The notes beneath the pieces are model-generated. The model was not told the origin of the DNA and did no database searches. It saw only the letters and a list, made by a program, of their open reading frames with translations. The position numbers and the translations under genes are program-made. A stretch of 45,775 nucleotides of DNA, filler included, from Jimgerdemannia flammicorona (Eukaryota): assembly GCA_003990765.1 (NCBI GenBank). It is 2 parts of 2 records of this genome, joined end to end, with 100 filler letters (N's around TTAATTAATTAA, not from the genome) between each part and the next. Parts side by side here need not be neighbours in the genome. Positions count along the whole stretch, not along the records: positions 1 to 22,839 come from RBNJ01001194.1; 1 more part is not named here. One strand, written 5' to 3'. This document shows, in pieces, positions 10,400 to 22,839 of the stretch. Each line of letters begins with the position of its first letter. Position 1 is the stretch's first letter.

Positions 10400-12140
10400 A
10401 GCTAACTACTTCCTTTCTCCTCTTCAAGTCTTTGCCCTTTCTTTGAGTCTTAACTTTGTTTTTCCTGTAACTCTCTCTCAATTCTCCTCTACTGATCTGG
10501 CTTATCTTATATGTTTTTGTCATGCTCTTGACCTTGCTATCTTTTTTGAAGATCATAATGAGATGCTCTCTCACTATTATGTCTTCAGTAATTGGGTCCT
10601 CCCTCTCAATGTCTCTTCACACTGTGTATTCCTTGATATGGCTTGCTCACTATCCATTCCTGAATGCACTTACTCTTGCTTGGTTTTGGACCATACTATA
10701 TGTTTTATACTTAAATCTGTCAAGCAATTACCTTTATATTTGCTCACAGTTATTGATAAGAATCAGATTTTTGCACTTATTCCTAAGTTGCTCTAACTTG
10801 ATGGCCTTTCTGCCCCCTTTCAAACTGTGGCTTACAAGCCTAGTGCTCTTAGATTAGATGAGGTTCTCACTCTTTTTTGGGTTTCTCTAGCTCATACCAA
10901 ATTACTTTCAGATTTCCCATTTGTGAACCCTATTTTCAACTTCTTTCAGGACTCTTTGTTCTCTCTAGACATTTATCTTCTAGTTTTCTACACTCTTCCT
11001 AAAGTTTACAAGCTTACTTGGCTTAGAATCTCATTATAGCTACTTTTAGTTCACCTATCATTAAGATTTTGAAGTAGTTATTTTGCTTTTTTCTCTCTTA
11101 GATAGCACTTATTCAGTACTATCTTGGGCCTGAGTACACTATTCTTTGTGATACTCAGGAGTTTGCTCTCCTTTATTTTACTATTGTACCTATTTATTGT
11201 TTTTCCCACTTGGCCTCTGGTAACTTCTCTTCCTTCTATACTACTATTTGCTTTAATGAGATTAATGATTATCTTTACTTCTTGAGTTCTATTGTTTTTT
11301 CTTTAAATTCTCCCTTCTATTATTGAGCTTATCTGTGGCTCTAATTATTTTGAGTCAGCCCTTGGCTCTTTTCACCAGACTTCTGATATTGCCATAGGAA
11401 TAAATTGTATTCTCACCCTTACTAATCTCATTGGCCTGACCCATGAACTTCATGCAATACATGATCCTTTTTCACCTCTTTCCATCATATTCTAGGCTGG
11501 AGATATCTTCTTTTACTAATATATTGATGACTTTATTGTTCTTACTGTTGCTGGTATAAATATTCCTAGTGTGTTTTATAATATCTACCCACTCTATCAT
11601 TCTATTACTTAGATATATGGTATGACTAGTATTCTCTTTTTAGACCTCTCTATTTCTCTTTCTCCTTTCCAAACTGTTGTTTATTCTTATTTCTCCCATT
11701 CCCAATAGTTTTCTGACTTTTGTTTCAATTATTCTCATTACACTCTTCTTGAATATATTTATAGTAAGGTTTGTTATCTTGTACTCTGCTGCTCCTGTCA
11801 TTCTGACTGAGTGTCTGCTGTTTGGATTCTCAGCAATTTTGTAATCTATTACCATGCTTACCCCATTTATATTATTCACAATTTACTTGCTTCTGTTGAA
11901 TGATCTGTTGTTTGCTCTTTCCTCTTCTCTCCTCTTTATTCTCCCTTCCTTCCCTCTCTCTCTCCTTATCTACTCTATACCCTCTCTTCTTTCCCACCCC
12001 TAATTCTTGTTATACTATTTGATCAAACTTATTGGGTTGCACAATATCCTGACACTGTCCTGCACTCTTCTCTTTTATGCTATAAACTTTTGTCTCTTTC
12101 TTAATACTCTCTAATTGCCAGATCACATCTTTCTTCTATT
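10400..12140 (+). pseudogene. PLE reverse transcriptase, degenerate (approximate boundaries)
   Basis: LSLSLNFVFP (cf. LxxGLNFxP), DKN, FYTLPKVYK (cf. FYxLPKxHK), FHQTSDIAIGINC..LTNL...HE (cf. QxxGxAMGxxxAPxxANL), FY*YIDDFIV, F-LDLSI (across an apparent frameshift), and a thumb-like ..EYIYSKVC..CCS. Confidence 0.85.
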
Positions 12141-12215
12141 TCTTCCTTAATCCATTGCTCTTGCTTTATATTTTCATTACCTTCTAGTACATATCTCTGG
12201 CTCTTTCAAAGAGAA

Positions 12216-12708
12216 TTAAAAAACATCCTTACTCTCTCTGGGGTCTTGTACTTGCTCCAGAGTCTTGATCTTTACTCCACTTCCCTCTACTGTCTTTGGT
12301 CCCTTACTTTGCTCAAGCTTGCTGCAGCTCACTCTATTTTGGCCTCACTCCTTGCTCATGCTCACCCCTCCAGGATCTGTAGATCTTTTTTAATCTTGAT
12401 TTAGATTTGTTTTATTTATATTTGTTTGTGATTTTTATCTTATAACTAAGATTAGCTCTTTTTTTATCTCTGCTTATCTATGGTTTCTAATTTAGTTACT
12501 TCTATATTGTGGTGTATTTTCTCTTTTGGGATCTCATATTTTATATATGAGAACTATACTTTTGCATAGTAATAAATAACTGATATATTTTTAGTTATAT
12601 TCTTTATTTATCCCCCTTATATATATCTTTCTATATATCTTCTATTCATTTTAACTGTAACTCTGAGTTCACTCTCCTGACTCCCACTGGGCTTTCTTTA
12701 TCTACTAC
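12216..12708 (+). repeat. 3' pLTR (direct repeat copy 2)
   Basis: Aligns with 8169-8670. Confidence 0.9.
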
Positions 12709-12709
12709 T

Positions 12710-13766
12710 TTAGGCTCACCAGAATTACTAGTCTTAGCTACTTTCTCTTAAAGAAATAGAATTATTACATTATCATACTTGGCTTGTTAGAAGATATCAC
12801 AATATATATATATTTATATACTTTAGCATAGCTCATATAGTCCATATATTGCTATCTAGAGCTTGCTGGCATATTTTAATAATTTTCTAAATTAGAATGA
12901 GTTTCTTAGTAAATGTTAGAGTACTTTTGTCTACTTTTTATAGAGGATCTCTCATTACTAGAAGATTTACTATTACATATCTTTATCTTTGATCTCTATT
13001 ATTTTTGATTCAGATAGCTTTGGCTCAAATATATATAGTAGTTGAAAATAATTTTGATTAACTATTAGAGAGGTAGATGATAGTTATGATACTTATACTA
13101 GCTGAGATATAGAAATCCTGATGGATATATCTATATAAAATTCTTGATCATCTTTTTTTCTAAACTATATATTATACAAAATAACTATATACTACTTGCA
13201 TAGATCTTAGAGTCAATATACCTTGTCAGAATACTCAAGAAATATATACTTACTGGCTTTTGGCTTAAATATATACTAATTAATATTACTTTTATTAAAG
13301 ATATATATCTTATAACTGAATATACATAGATGTGATACATTAGGCTTAGTTCTACTCTATAATTCTTTAGAGATAAGATCATTATCTCTAAAATAGTTAT
13401 TGTAGGACTCTTTGCTGAGAGCTCAAGAGATATATTGATTATAGATATATACTACTATGTTAATAGCTTTAGCCTAATAAGAATATAATAATTTAGTTAT
13501 ATTAATCATCATTTAAGTCATTTCAATAATCATATGATTAAATTGCTTAGTTACACTATTCTGCTGAAATATATAAAAAGTTATTATTTGATAGTATATA
13601 TTATATTTTCTCAGAAATTGCTTGAATATATTATTGATATATTTATATTTATGTATTATCTAAGTATATAGTATATACTCTATATCTTATTTTATTTTCA
13701 GCAATTACTTTGAATTCTTTAAATTTGTCTAGTACTTTACTCTTTACTAATAGAATATATATATAT
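12710..13766 (-). pseudogene. Ty1/Copia integrase remnant, extremely transition-mutated
   Basis: Minus strand reads SKVLDKFKEFK..LDN, YIFQQNSVTKQFNH (cf. YTPQQNGVAERFNR), SY*AKAINIVVYIYN (cf. YWAEAVNTAVY), KPNVSHLCIFSY, KASKYIFLEY. Confidence 0.8.
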
Positions 13767-14078
13767 TGTGGCATGTGGTTTGTATCTCTAGTTGCTTCAA
13801 GCACAGCTCAATGTGCCACTTGGTGGAGTATACGGTATATGACTGAGTGCGTTTGCAATGGTTGCGGGTTGATGGTCACATGATCGGTTCATCCGATTCA
13901 TATGGTGGAGGTTCAGGGTAAATTACTTCTTGAATGTACATGGTTCATGGTACAGTGGGTAAAAGGGGAACTCGTCCATCTGACTTGTTAGGTGAATGAT
14001 GACAGTGCTGGCTTTTCTAAGCTAAGTATTCTTGGGTTTCTTGGCTGGGGTCTTAACACTTGAATGGCGGGTGGTTCT

Positions 14079-14178
14079 GAATGCATGGCGGTTGGGTCGA
14101 ATGCATGATAGTTGGGTCGAATGCACAATGGTTGGGTCGAATGCATGACAGTTGGGTCGAATGTATGACAGTTGGACT
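14079..14178. repeat. 20-bp tandem repeat x5
   Basis: gaatgcatg(a/g)(c/t)(a/g)gttgggtc units with no spacers. Confidence 0.9.
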
Positions 14179-14204
14179 GGTGGGATCTCGGTGGCAGTTG
14201 ACAG

Positions 14205-14340
14205 TTTTTGTGTGGCTTTCTTTTAGCGGCGGGTCTTTAAACTGAACTAAATGGCTTTTTGTATGGCTTTCCTTAGCAGCGGGTCTTTAAACTGAACTGA
14301 ACGGCTTTTCATGTGGCTTTCCTTAGTGGCGAATCTTGAA
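14205..14340. repeat. ~52-bp tandem repeat x2.5
   Basis: tggctttc(c/t)ttag..gcgggtctttaaactgaact units. Confidence 0.85.
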
Positions 14341-14728
14341 CGTTTTCTGTGGCAAGAGAAAATTCTTTAACTCAAACCTTGAGTGATTGTTGCTCTAGTT
14401 ATCTTGTTCTCAGAATTTATCCAGTCTCTTGGAGGCAGTGAGGTTTCTCTGTAATCCTTTTTTTACTTTTAAACACAAACTAACTGAGGTTTATTCACTC
14501 TAAGATATAGGGTTATTTATACAAATTTGCTAGCTATAGGGGGGGCTAAGGTATACTACGTTGTGGTGGTTTAATTGCTGAATATGGATGCAACAGTTGT
14601 TTGCGCCAAATTGGGATAAGATAAGTGCTAGTGCTGGATATGGATGTTGTGGGTGGTATTGCTGAAAACGGATGTTGCTGACTTGCTGACAAATGTTGGC
14701 TGACCAGACTGAGGAAATGGACATTGGA

Positions 14729-15655
14729 TCACTGAATTATAAAGTACCCTTCATCAGTGAACCAATCATCTTGCTGGGTTGTGACTTCTTCATTCTGTTC
14801 TTCAAAGGGTGGGAGTGCCGGCCAGGAGGTGAGGGGGTAGAATTGTGGCCAATCATCTTTGACGACATTCTCCAACCCTTGGACTGCTTGAAGGCAGACA
14901 GAGAATTGGTAGATTCTTTGTTCCTCCTCTTCTTCTTCCTCAGATTCTTTAGTTTCTGTGTTGGTAGGGACTTCTGAGACTTCTTGATTTGGTTCCCAAA
15001 TGATGAGATGTGAATTGTAGCTGACAGGGTGGTGAGTAGTTGGGGTTGCTCCAACAGGTATTGTAATGGTAATGGGTGGTCCTTCGAAGATTTCCATGAG
15101 ACTCATTAGATGACCTTGATGGTTGTCTCGGAGTGGAGTGGTGTAAAAGCCTGGTTGAGTGGACTCGGTTTGTTGGCTTCCTACAGTGACCCAGTTACTA
15201 CCAATAGAGTCAGCTACTTCTGATTCTATCCAGTCTACATCTTCAGTTGAGAGATGGGCAAGACTTCCAGCAGTCACTCCTTATAAGTGTGCTATAGCCC
15301 AGGGAATATAGCGGAAGATGTAGTGGATATGGAGGGCTCTCTTGATTAGCCAACTGGTGGTTAACATTTCGGCAATGAGGTCTTCCTGGTCGCCTTCTTG
15401 GGTTTCATTATGAAGGTGGTGTCCAATTTCGTAATCATGCCAGAGGGTCATTCATTCAGTGGTATCTTTGAGCTATTGGGTCATTATGTACTGGAATTTG
15501 ATGAAGTGTCCAAGATCCTCAGTGTAGAAGTTCAGATGTTCAGAGGTGTCTGGGTGCCAAATAGCCTTCTTGATAGCTTCAAGGATTAGAGTCTTTGGGC
15601 TAGGCAGGGGGGAAGAGTGGCGGGAGGTCTGGTTGGGGTAGTGGATAGGAGGCAT
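14729..15655 (-). pseudogene. Gypsy accessory ORF3, copy B (unknown function), with in-frame stops
   Basis: ORFs 15473..15655 and 14729..15277 are in one frame. Reading through the stops gives HDYEIGHHL..KRALHIHYIFRYIPWAIAHL*GVTAGSLAHLS. Confidence 0.7.
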
Positions 15656-15924
15656 TGTGTGGTGGATACTTGTTCTTTAGTGCTGATTCCTGAGGCAGAG
15701 TATGGTTCTTTAAATAATGTAGTCTTCCTTTTGGCTTGGATTATTATTGCTCCTTTTGGGGTGATCACCTAATGGGTCAGGCTGTCTATTCGATTGTCAC
15801 GCCATTATGTCATCTGATCTTAGCAGTCACTGGTACTCCATTGTCAATTGCCTATGTCACATCTGCTCCTTGCAAAATTAGAGCCATCCTCAGTGGTGAA
15901 GATTACACAGAGTTGGGTGGTCTT

Positions 15925-17478
15925 AACTCCCCTCCAATCTTGATGGGAACTTCTCAGATCTTTCCCAGAGGGGTGGCTCTTATGCCATCTGCTGTGACAA
16001 AAACCAACTTAGTTACTTCTTCAATTTCCCAGCCTAGGCAGTCTGCTGCTTTCTTACTGAGGAGACATTCTCCTGCTCCAGTATTGATGATGGCTTCAAA
16101 GACTCTATCTTTGATTTGGTATGTTGCATAGGCAGAGGTTTTGCAATTGTCTTCACTTTCTTCTCCTGAGTCCTCTTGAACATTATTGGCCTTGGTTATC
16201 TTCTATCCTTGCTCCTTGGTTGTTTCAGCAAGTCTGAACCTCATTTGTTGTCTGAATGTTGGGATTTCTGCAAGCTGACCAAAGGTTGCATTGACCTTTT
16301 ATTGGCTAAGGTCTTTGAAGATATCATACTTAAAAGTCTTGGTCTTGCAAAGTTTCTTTTCTTTTTCTCCTTTGCTGGCTGGGGTAGTTCCTCGGATAAT
16401 ATCTTGAACTGCTTGCTCCAGCTCCATATCTTGGTCCATCTCTTCAGCTTGGCTTTTGGTGGCCATTTCCATCTGGGTTCTTCTTGAGTCTTTCTGGTGG
16501 TCTCTTGTAGGGTTCCTTGTGAACATTCTTCTTAGTAGTCTGAGCAGGATAGGCCTCCTATTCTTCTTCATCAGAATCTCCAATTTCCTTGAAGGTAATT
16601 ATATTGGCCTGCTCTTTGTTTCATATAGCATTGTTTGGTTGAGCCTTGTGCTTAGTTTCACTCATGTATTTATAGGAGTAGTGGCCTTCTTCTCTGCAGG
16701 TATGGCAGGTACCTTTCTTCTTGTCTGAGGTGGTAACAAACTTCTGAACTGGGTGGCAGTTTCTTCCTTGGATTTCTTTTACCATATCTCCCAGGTGGGC
16801 GGTCATTTTAGCAAACCTTTTGGCAAGTTCCTCCATAGGGTCACTGTTCTTTTGCTGCTCTGTAGTTTTTGGCTGAGGTGTGTTTCGATTGATCATTATA
16901 GTAGGGATCACACTGATTGCCTTGGGTGTTTCAATTCTGACTCCTGTGACTCTTTCCATTGTATGGTCTTGTGAGTGTCTGGCTGTCTAATATCGCTGAG
17001 CATAGGTGACCTTCTGTGGCAGATCCAAGACTACTGGTGATGAATGGATGGCCATGGCTATCTCTGGGTGAACTCCTTTCATGAAGGTTGCTTTGGCTAC
17101 TTGATCTTGGATAGCAGCAGCATAATCTGTGAGAATTATCTGATATCGAATTCTGGTATAGAATGTGTTTGGATCCTCACTCATTCCTTGGCATATTGTG
17201 TTGAGCTGATCCTTCAGAGCTTGCTTGATCTTGTCTGTATAATATGTATTTCAGAGCCAGGTCTTCTGTGCTGTCAGTATAGTATTAGCATCATTTCCTG
17301 CATGGGTTGCAGCTATAAATGCTGCTCTAGCAGGACCTTGTAGGCTGAAGGGCATGAGGGCTACTTGCTGTGCTGCTGTCAGGGTCCTTATAGTGGCATA
17401 CTGCTCGAAATCATCAATGAAGGTAATGATTAATTCATCTGAGGTATATCCATAGAATACTGGTGGTCTCATATCCAT
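15925..17478 (-). pseudogene. gag: Gypsy gag-protease, truncated after PR
   Basis: MDMRPPVFYG.., zinc-knuckle remnant CHTCREEGHYSY, protease FEAIINTGAGECL. Highly similar to 29520-32460. Confidence 0.88.
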
Positions 17479-17567
17479 TTTGTTTGAGTATTGTGGCTCA
17501 GTTTGTGTAGTTGCTCAGATAGTGGTAGTTGTTTGTTGTTCAGCTTGAAAGTGAGGGATTTGTCTTG

Positions 17568-17589
17568 AATCACCAGCCAATAGGCACCA
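17568..17589 (-). promoter_or_regulatory. Primer-binding site (TGGTGCCTATTGG..)
   Basis: Lies 3 nt after an LTR end (..TTACA ACT TGGTGCC on the minus strand). Same as 29411. Confidence 0.75.
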
Positions 17590-17592
17590 AGT

Positions 17593-17854
17593 TGTAATGT
17601 AGTGGATACTTACTCTTGAAAGTATATCAGATTTCTGTATCTTGAAAATTTGAAGTGTATCTACCCGCAGGCTTACTAGTTCCTTTGCTATCTCTTTACT
17701 TTAAACTATTTCAATCTGAGGTTTATTCACTCTAAGATACTGAGTTATTTATATAAGTTTTGCTAACTATAAGGTAGCTAAGTAATGGCTCATTTCGAAA
17801 ATGCTGAATCTTTTAACATCTGCTAAGATTTCACTGATTGCAAAGATTCTAACA
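17593..17854 (-). mobile_element. Gypsy LTR lying between two tandem elements (U3 boundary uncertain)
   Basis: 17593-17770 matches the R/U5 part of LTR 28942-29407 with a ~50-bp deletion. The U3 part is different. Confidence 0.7.
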
Positions 17855-18224
17855 TCTCCTAAATCTTTGCAAACATTAAAGTTTCTGCACTTTGTGGAAT
17901 ATGGCAGCTATTTATGAGGCTAAGCTATATTGGGAATCAGATTCAGGTACCATGATCAAATGTCTAATTCCTCTGTTTTATGTTACTAATTCAGATCAGC
18001 CATCACAATATCAATCAGTGGGAAGATATTATTGCTAGTAATGTCATCATATTCAGGGGTAGTAGGAGCAAGAAGATCAGGGGCTCTCTAATCTACGAGG
18101 TTCTTCTCTACAAAGTAGAGGACAAAGATGAGATCTTGAGAGAGTCTAATCTGGATACTGGGACCTTGGAATACTAAGATTAATCTCTATAAGAATTAAT
18201 CTAGATTATCCTGGAGAAATGAGA

Positions 18225-18721
18225 TTCTAGAACTCTTCTACTTTATTACTTCTGAGAGTGATGGTAGATTGAGCTTCTGTGGCCATTATGGCCTCCAGTA
18301 CATCTATTTGGCAGGCTGACAATTCCTTGAAGTCTAAGACTCTAGTGTTCTTCAAGTTGGAGATTGACCAGAGTATATGCCTAAAGACCTGATAGATCTT
18401 TTTGACTACCCTTAATTTATATGCATTTATAGAGATAGTATCTTGTATCTCTTAGAGACTGGCCTGAGGGAATTCCCAGTAGATGAGATTTCCTATTTTG
18501 TATTCCTGCTATATCTAGAGGTATTTGGTAGCAATAGTGATCCTTATTTCCATTTCATAATAGTTGAGGATAAAGTGGTAAGGGTCACCAGTATCCAGGT
18601 TAAGGTTAGGAGTCCTTCTAGTGTAGATTCTCATGGCTCTCCTGATGTCTTGGAATATCCTTTCTTGAACTGAGAAGTCTTGATGGTTTCTGGACCTTGA
18701 GGTTTGATAGGTAGTAGGCAT
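18225..18721 (-). pseudogene. Gypsy accessory ORF3, copy C (end approximate)
   Basis: MPTTYQ..QEYKIGNLI..RVVKKIYQVFRHILWSISNLKNTRVLDFKELSACQID. Confidence 0.7.
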
Positions 18722-19349
18722 TTTGTTTATAGTGAGTCTTTGAACTATTTTGGGATTTTTGTGAGTCTTGTTTGAGTTACTGCTGCTGTAGTTCCTTAGT
18801 CCTTCTTTTATATTCCTTAAGATATCTATCTTGTAGTTGTGATGACTTATAATTGGTCATTATTACTCATCTTATAGTCTGGGTAAGTTATACCATATAA
18901 TCTTCTTATGCTCCAATCTGATGGCTTGTAAGAAAAGGCTGTCTTCTGTAATGATATCACTATTCTGAGGTCACCATTACATCTTCCTTCTGAATAAAGA
19001 TCTTCTCTTGAACATCCTTATTCATTAGTCCAGTCTGAAAAATTTACTGATCCTATAATCTCTGGTAGGGGGTCAAAAAGTGATATTTATTGACTGGTAT
19101 CTTTCTTATGTATTTTGGCATGATGGTGAAGAGTCACTCTCTTCATATAAAGCAAGGATCTAATTCTGATCTTGACTAATCAGTTGATGATTCAAACTCC
19201 TCTAGCTTTGAAAGTCTCACAGATGAGTAGTTACTAGTGCTATATTCCTTAGAGAATGGTCCAGACAGATTGTCTGCTGGTCACAAGACATGCTATTATA
19301 ATTTATAAACTAGAATCTTGTAGGCAGTCATCATGTTTTACTTCTCTTA

Positions 19350-22300
19350 TATAGGTTTATGGTACTTCTTGAGTCTGTTTCTATGTATCATGGTAGATAG
19401 TATAGTCTCTGAGAGTTTCCTAAGCCAGAAAGTAGTTCTCTTGATATCTTATATATAGAAGAGTCTTTTCCATTTGGGCTCCAGCTTTTATAACTATGAG
19501 GCTTCTATTATATTTCAATATAGTAGAACCTTTTCTCCAATTTGAATGAGTTCTAGGGTTTTGTGATTCTTTTCTGTATTCTTCCTTATTAGTACTTGTG
19601 ACTTGATGATATAATCTTCTGCCTTCTTCCTGATTTGGTATAGTCTCTAGATTTCTGAGTCAATCTACCACTAAGTTAGATCTAGATTTGTAGCTGAGGT
19701 TCTATCAGAATCTTCTTCTCTGAAGAGCAGTTCTCTTGGGGTAAAGTGTGTACTCTGTGACTATATGTCTTGTAAGATAGAGAGAGCAGTTGGGAGATAG
19801 TTATCTCAATTCTTGTATGTATCAGAGATCTTGGCCAGGGCATTCTTGAGGGTCTTATTGGTTCTTTCTGTCTGTCTATTTCCTTGAGAGTGATACATAG
19901 TAGTCTTGATATACTAAATCTTATATTTCTGATATATTATCTTATAGAATCTGTTGACAAATTCTATGCTATGGTCTGTAGTGATTTGCCTTAGTGTCTT
20001 ATAATGGCAGATGATTTCTCAGTGTAAGAAGTCAGCAATAGAGAGAGTATTGGCTTCTTGTAATACTCCTGCTTCTATCTATTTGGTAAAGAGATCTACA
20101 ATAACTATAATATAGTAGTTTTCTGATAGAGTTACTAGTAGTAATCTAATAATATTTATTGTAATGTGGTGGAAGAGAATGGGCTCAATTCTTGATGACC
20201 TGGGTATCTAGTCTTACTGATCTTATTTCTGTTTTTGGCACTTGTCATACTCTTTGACAAATTGGCACAGGTCTTCTTCTATTTTTAGACTACTACATAG
20301 TTCTTCTTATCTTATTATATTGTGTTAGTTCCTCTTAAGTATTCTTATTTATGTACTTTCTTCATTACTTGATACTTATTATATTTGGGTATGAAGAGCT
20401 TTCCTCATTTTCAAGTAGTATTGTCTAGTGCAAATTGTTTCTAAGTTTAGTTGATAATAGTGATAATTTAGGGTTCAAGATGATTAGACATCTTCTGCTG
20501 CCCAAGGTAGCTGATTAATCTATAGTATAGCTTCTTATTCATATTGAATAGTCTTGAAAGAGGTGTTTTGTTTTGGGATATCCTTGAAAGTATATCAGCA
20601 TTGGCATTAATTCTTCCTAAGTGGTGTTTGACAGTATAGTTATACTCTTGCAGTCTGTAGATCTATCTGATATATATTCCTTTGGGATTCAGAGTGTGGA
20701 ATAGCTAGGTAAGAGCAGAATGGTCTGTTTGAATAGTGAAGTATTTCTCAGCTAGGTAGTAGTGGAACTTGTCTACTGCCTAGACTACTATTAAGCATTC
20801 AAGCTTGTATGACTCATAGTTCTGTTCTGCTCTATAGATACCTCAGCTTACATAGGAGATGACATATTCATGTCTATCTTTCTTCTGAGCTAGTACTGCT
20901 CTAAGTCCTATAGTACTTGTATCTGTCTGCAGGATGAACTCTAGGTTCCAGTCTGGTCTTCTGAGGATGGGTGCTTGGGTCAATCTGATCTTAAGTTTAT
21001 TGAAGATTTCTTATCTATTTAAACTTGATCTCTTTCTTCAGTAGCTCATAAATAGATACTATAATATTGGAGTATCCTTTGATGAATCTTCTATAGTAAA
21101 AGGTCAGTCCAAGAAAGGCATAGACTTCTGTAGTTATTTGAGGTCTTGAGTAGGCTACAATAGTCTCAATTTTCATAGAGTCTATATGAATTCTAGTCTG
21201 GTTGATAATGTGTTCTAGGTAGGTGATTTCTTGAGCTACAAACTTATACTTCTTGGACTTAATGTAGAGGTCATAATCCTTGAGCTTCTTGAGAGCTAGC
21301 TATATATAGTTAATATATTCCCATGTAGTATTACTGAAGATGATCATATCATTAATATAGAAAAAGAGCCATTTTCCAATTTCATTACTGAAGACTCTAT
21401 TCATTATTTACTGAAAACTTGCTGAGGTATTGTATATTCCAAATAGCATTCACAGATAGACATAGGTGGTATTAGGTGTGATGAAGACTGATTTCTCACT
21501 AATATCTTGAGTGAGACCAATTTGATAGAAGCCTAAGAATAGATCCAAGGTAGTGTAGTATTTGGCTTCACTTCTAAGAGTTATAAGGATTTCTTGAATA
21601 TTTGATAAGAGCTACCTATCCTTCTTGGTAATTACATTGAGCTTTCTATAATCAATATAGAGTCTTGGGGCAAACTCTTCTGGCTTGTTTCCTTTCTTTA
21701 AGGTAAGGATAATGGATAAAGCCCAGAGACTAATAACTTGCTTGATGATACTGGCTTCTTTCATTTCCTTGAGTTCTGCTTACAGCCATTCTCTGTAGGC
21801 AGGTGGTATGGGTCTGGCTTTCTGGTAGATAGACTTGGTATCACTAGTGTCACCTTTATAGTAGTACTTGAATTCTTGATTGTAGATATCTCTGAAGTCT
21901 GTAGCAAGTACTCTTTCATACTAATGTAGGATCTTGAGAAGTTGTTCTTCTAGGGGAAAGTTTTCCCCAATAATATATGTATACTTGTTCTGGTTCTTGT
22001 CTTTCTTATGCTTAAGTTTGGTAATCTTGATAGCAGCATAGGCTTCTCTTCCAGTAGATCCAAAGCCTTGTTCTTCTCTCTTAGTCTTGATGAGTTTGAT
22101 GGTTTCTATGATCTTAGACTTCTTGACTTCATGAATCAGCATCTGGTCAATCCTATCATACTTCTTGACTTCAAATGGAGTGGTGGGGTTGTGATTTCTG
22201 ACTATAAGAAAGATCTCACCAGTGTAATTGAAGTCAATGACTTCTCCTTTAACTGAGATTTCACTCTTAACCAGACTGCTCCTAGTCTTGATAATTCCAG

Positions 22301-22733
22301 CATAGTTCTCTAATAACTTGACTCCAATTCTAGTATCAAGTAGAGTAGTGGTCTGTGGTTCAAGGATAGTATCTTAGATATTGGTAAGGTTCATTCCTAT
22401 GGCTCCTTCAGTCTTGTATTCTGGGATCTTGGCTTTAGGGTAAAACTTCTTAATATTGAGAGTGATGTCTGGTTCTTATTCCTCCTCATCATTACTATCA
22501 GCTTGAAGCTCTGGAGGCTGGTCATCTTCTTCAGCTTCCCTTTTTGCTTTAGCTGCTTCTTGTTCATATCTTTGTTGACAGATTTTTCTAACTTCACTGA
22601 TATAAGACCAGTAGTTATTTAGATGTTCAGAGCAGTATATTCTAGTACCATGGGGACATCTTCCTTGAGGGGCATAGCTATTGATGATCTTGTTATATCA
22701 CTGCTTATCTGTAATCTTGGTTGTCTTACTCTT
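19350..22733 (-). pseudogene. pol: Gypsy pol (C/H motif, dUTPase, RT, RNase H, integrase), heavily mutated and cut by a poly(T) tract
   Basis: Colinear with 32700-36043: RSSL, GEVIDFNYTGE, GFGSTG; PRLYIDYRKLN, LDLFLGFYQ, YINDMIIFS; FILQTD; YHSQGNRQTERTN; RLKKYH. Confidence 0.9.
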
Positions 22734-22768
<35 letters not shown>

Positions 22769-22799
22769 CTTTTTGTTTTTTTTTTTTTTTATTCTTTAT

Positions 22800-22832
<33 letters not shown>

Positions 22833-22839
22833 TTTTTTT
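22734..22839 (-). repeat. Long interrupted poly(A) tail (poly-T on + strand) of a LINE inserted into Gypsy pol
   Basis: ~105-nt T-rich tract that abruptly truncates pol and ends at the gap. Confidence 0.75.

Larger units (their letters stand above)
7845..12708 (+). mobile_element. Penelope-like retroelement (PLE), degenerate, no GIY-YIG endonuclease detected, with pseudo-LTRs
   Basis: PLE-type RT motifs at ~10400-12140. Direct pLTRs at 8169-8670 and 12216-12708, and an inverted partial pLTR at 7845-8178. Confidence 0.85.
13767..14691 (-). mobile_element. LTR-like 3' terminal region of a Gypsy element, with internal tandem repeats (approximate boundaries)
   Basis: Ends ..TGCCACA on the minus strand at 13767, next to an (AT)n run; a second TGCCACA is at 14348. 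Shares the TAGCAAA..TATAAATAA..GAGTGAATAAACCTCAG core (14484-14535) with the other Gypsy LTRs. Confidence 0.55.

Noticed and set aside
14079..14178. Possible CRISPR array
   Set aside because: These are contiguous 20-bp tandem units with no unique spacers, there are no cas genes, and the context is eukaryotic TE.
14729..15277. ORF3 as an envelope gene
   Set aside because: No signal peptide, fusion peptide or transmembrane anchor is evident, and the products are short and hydrophilic.
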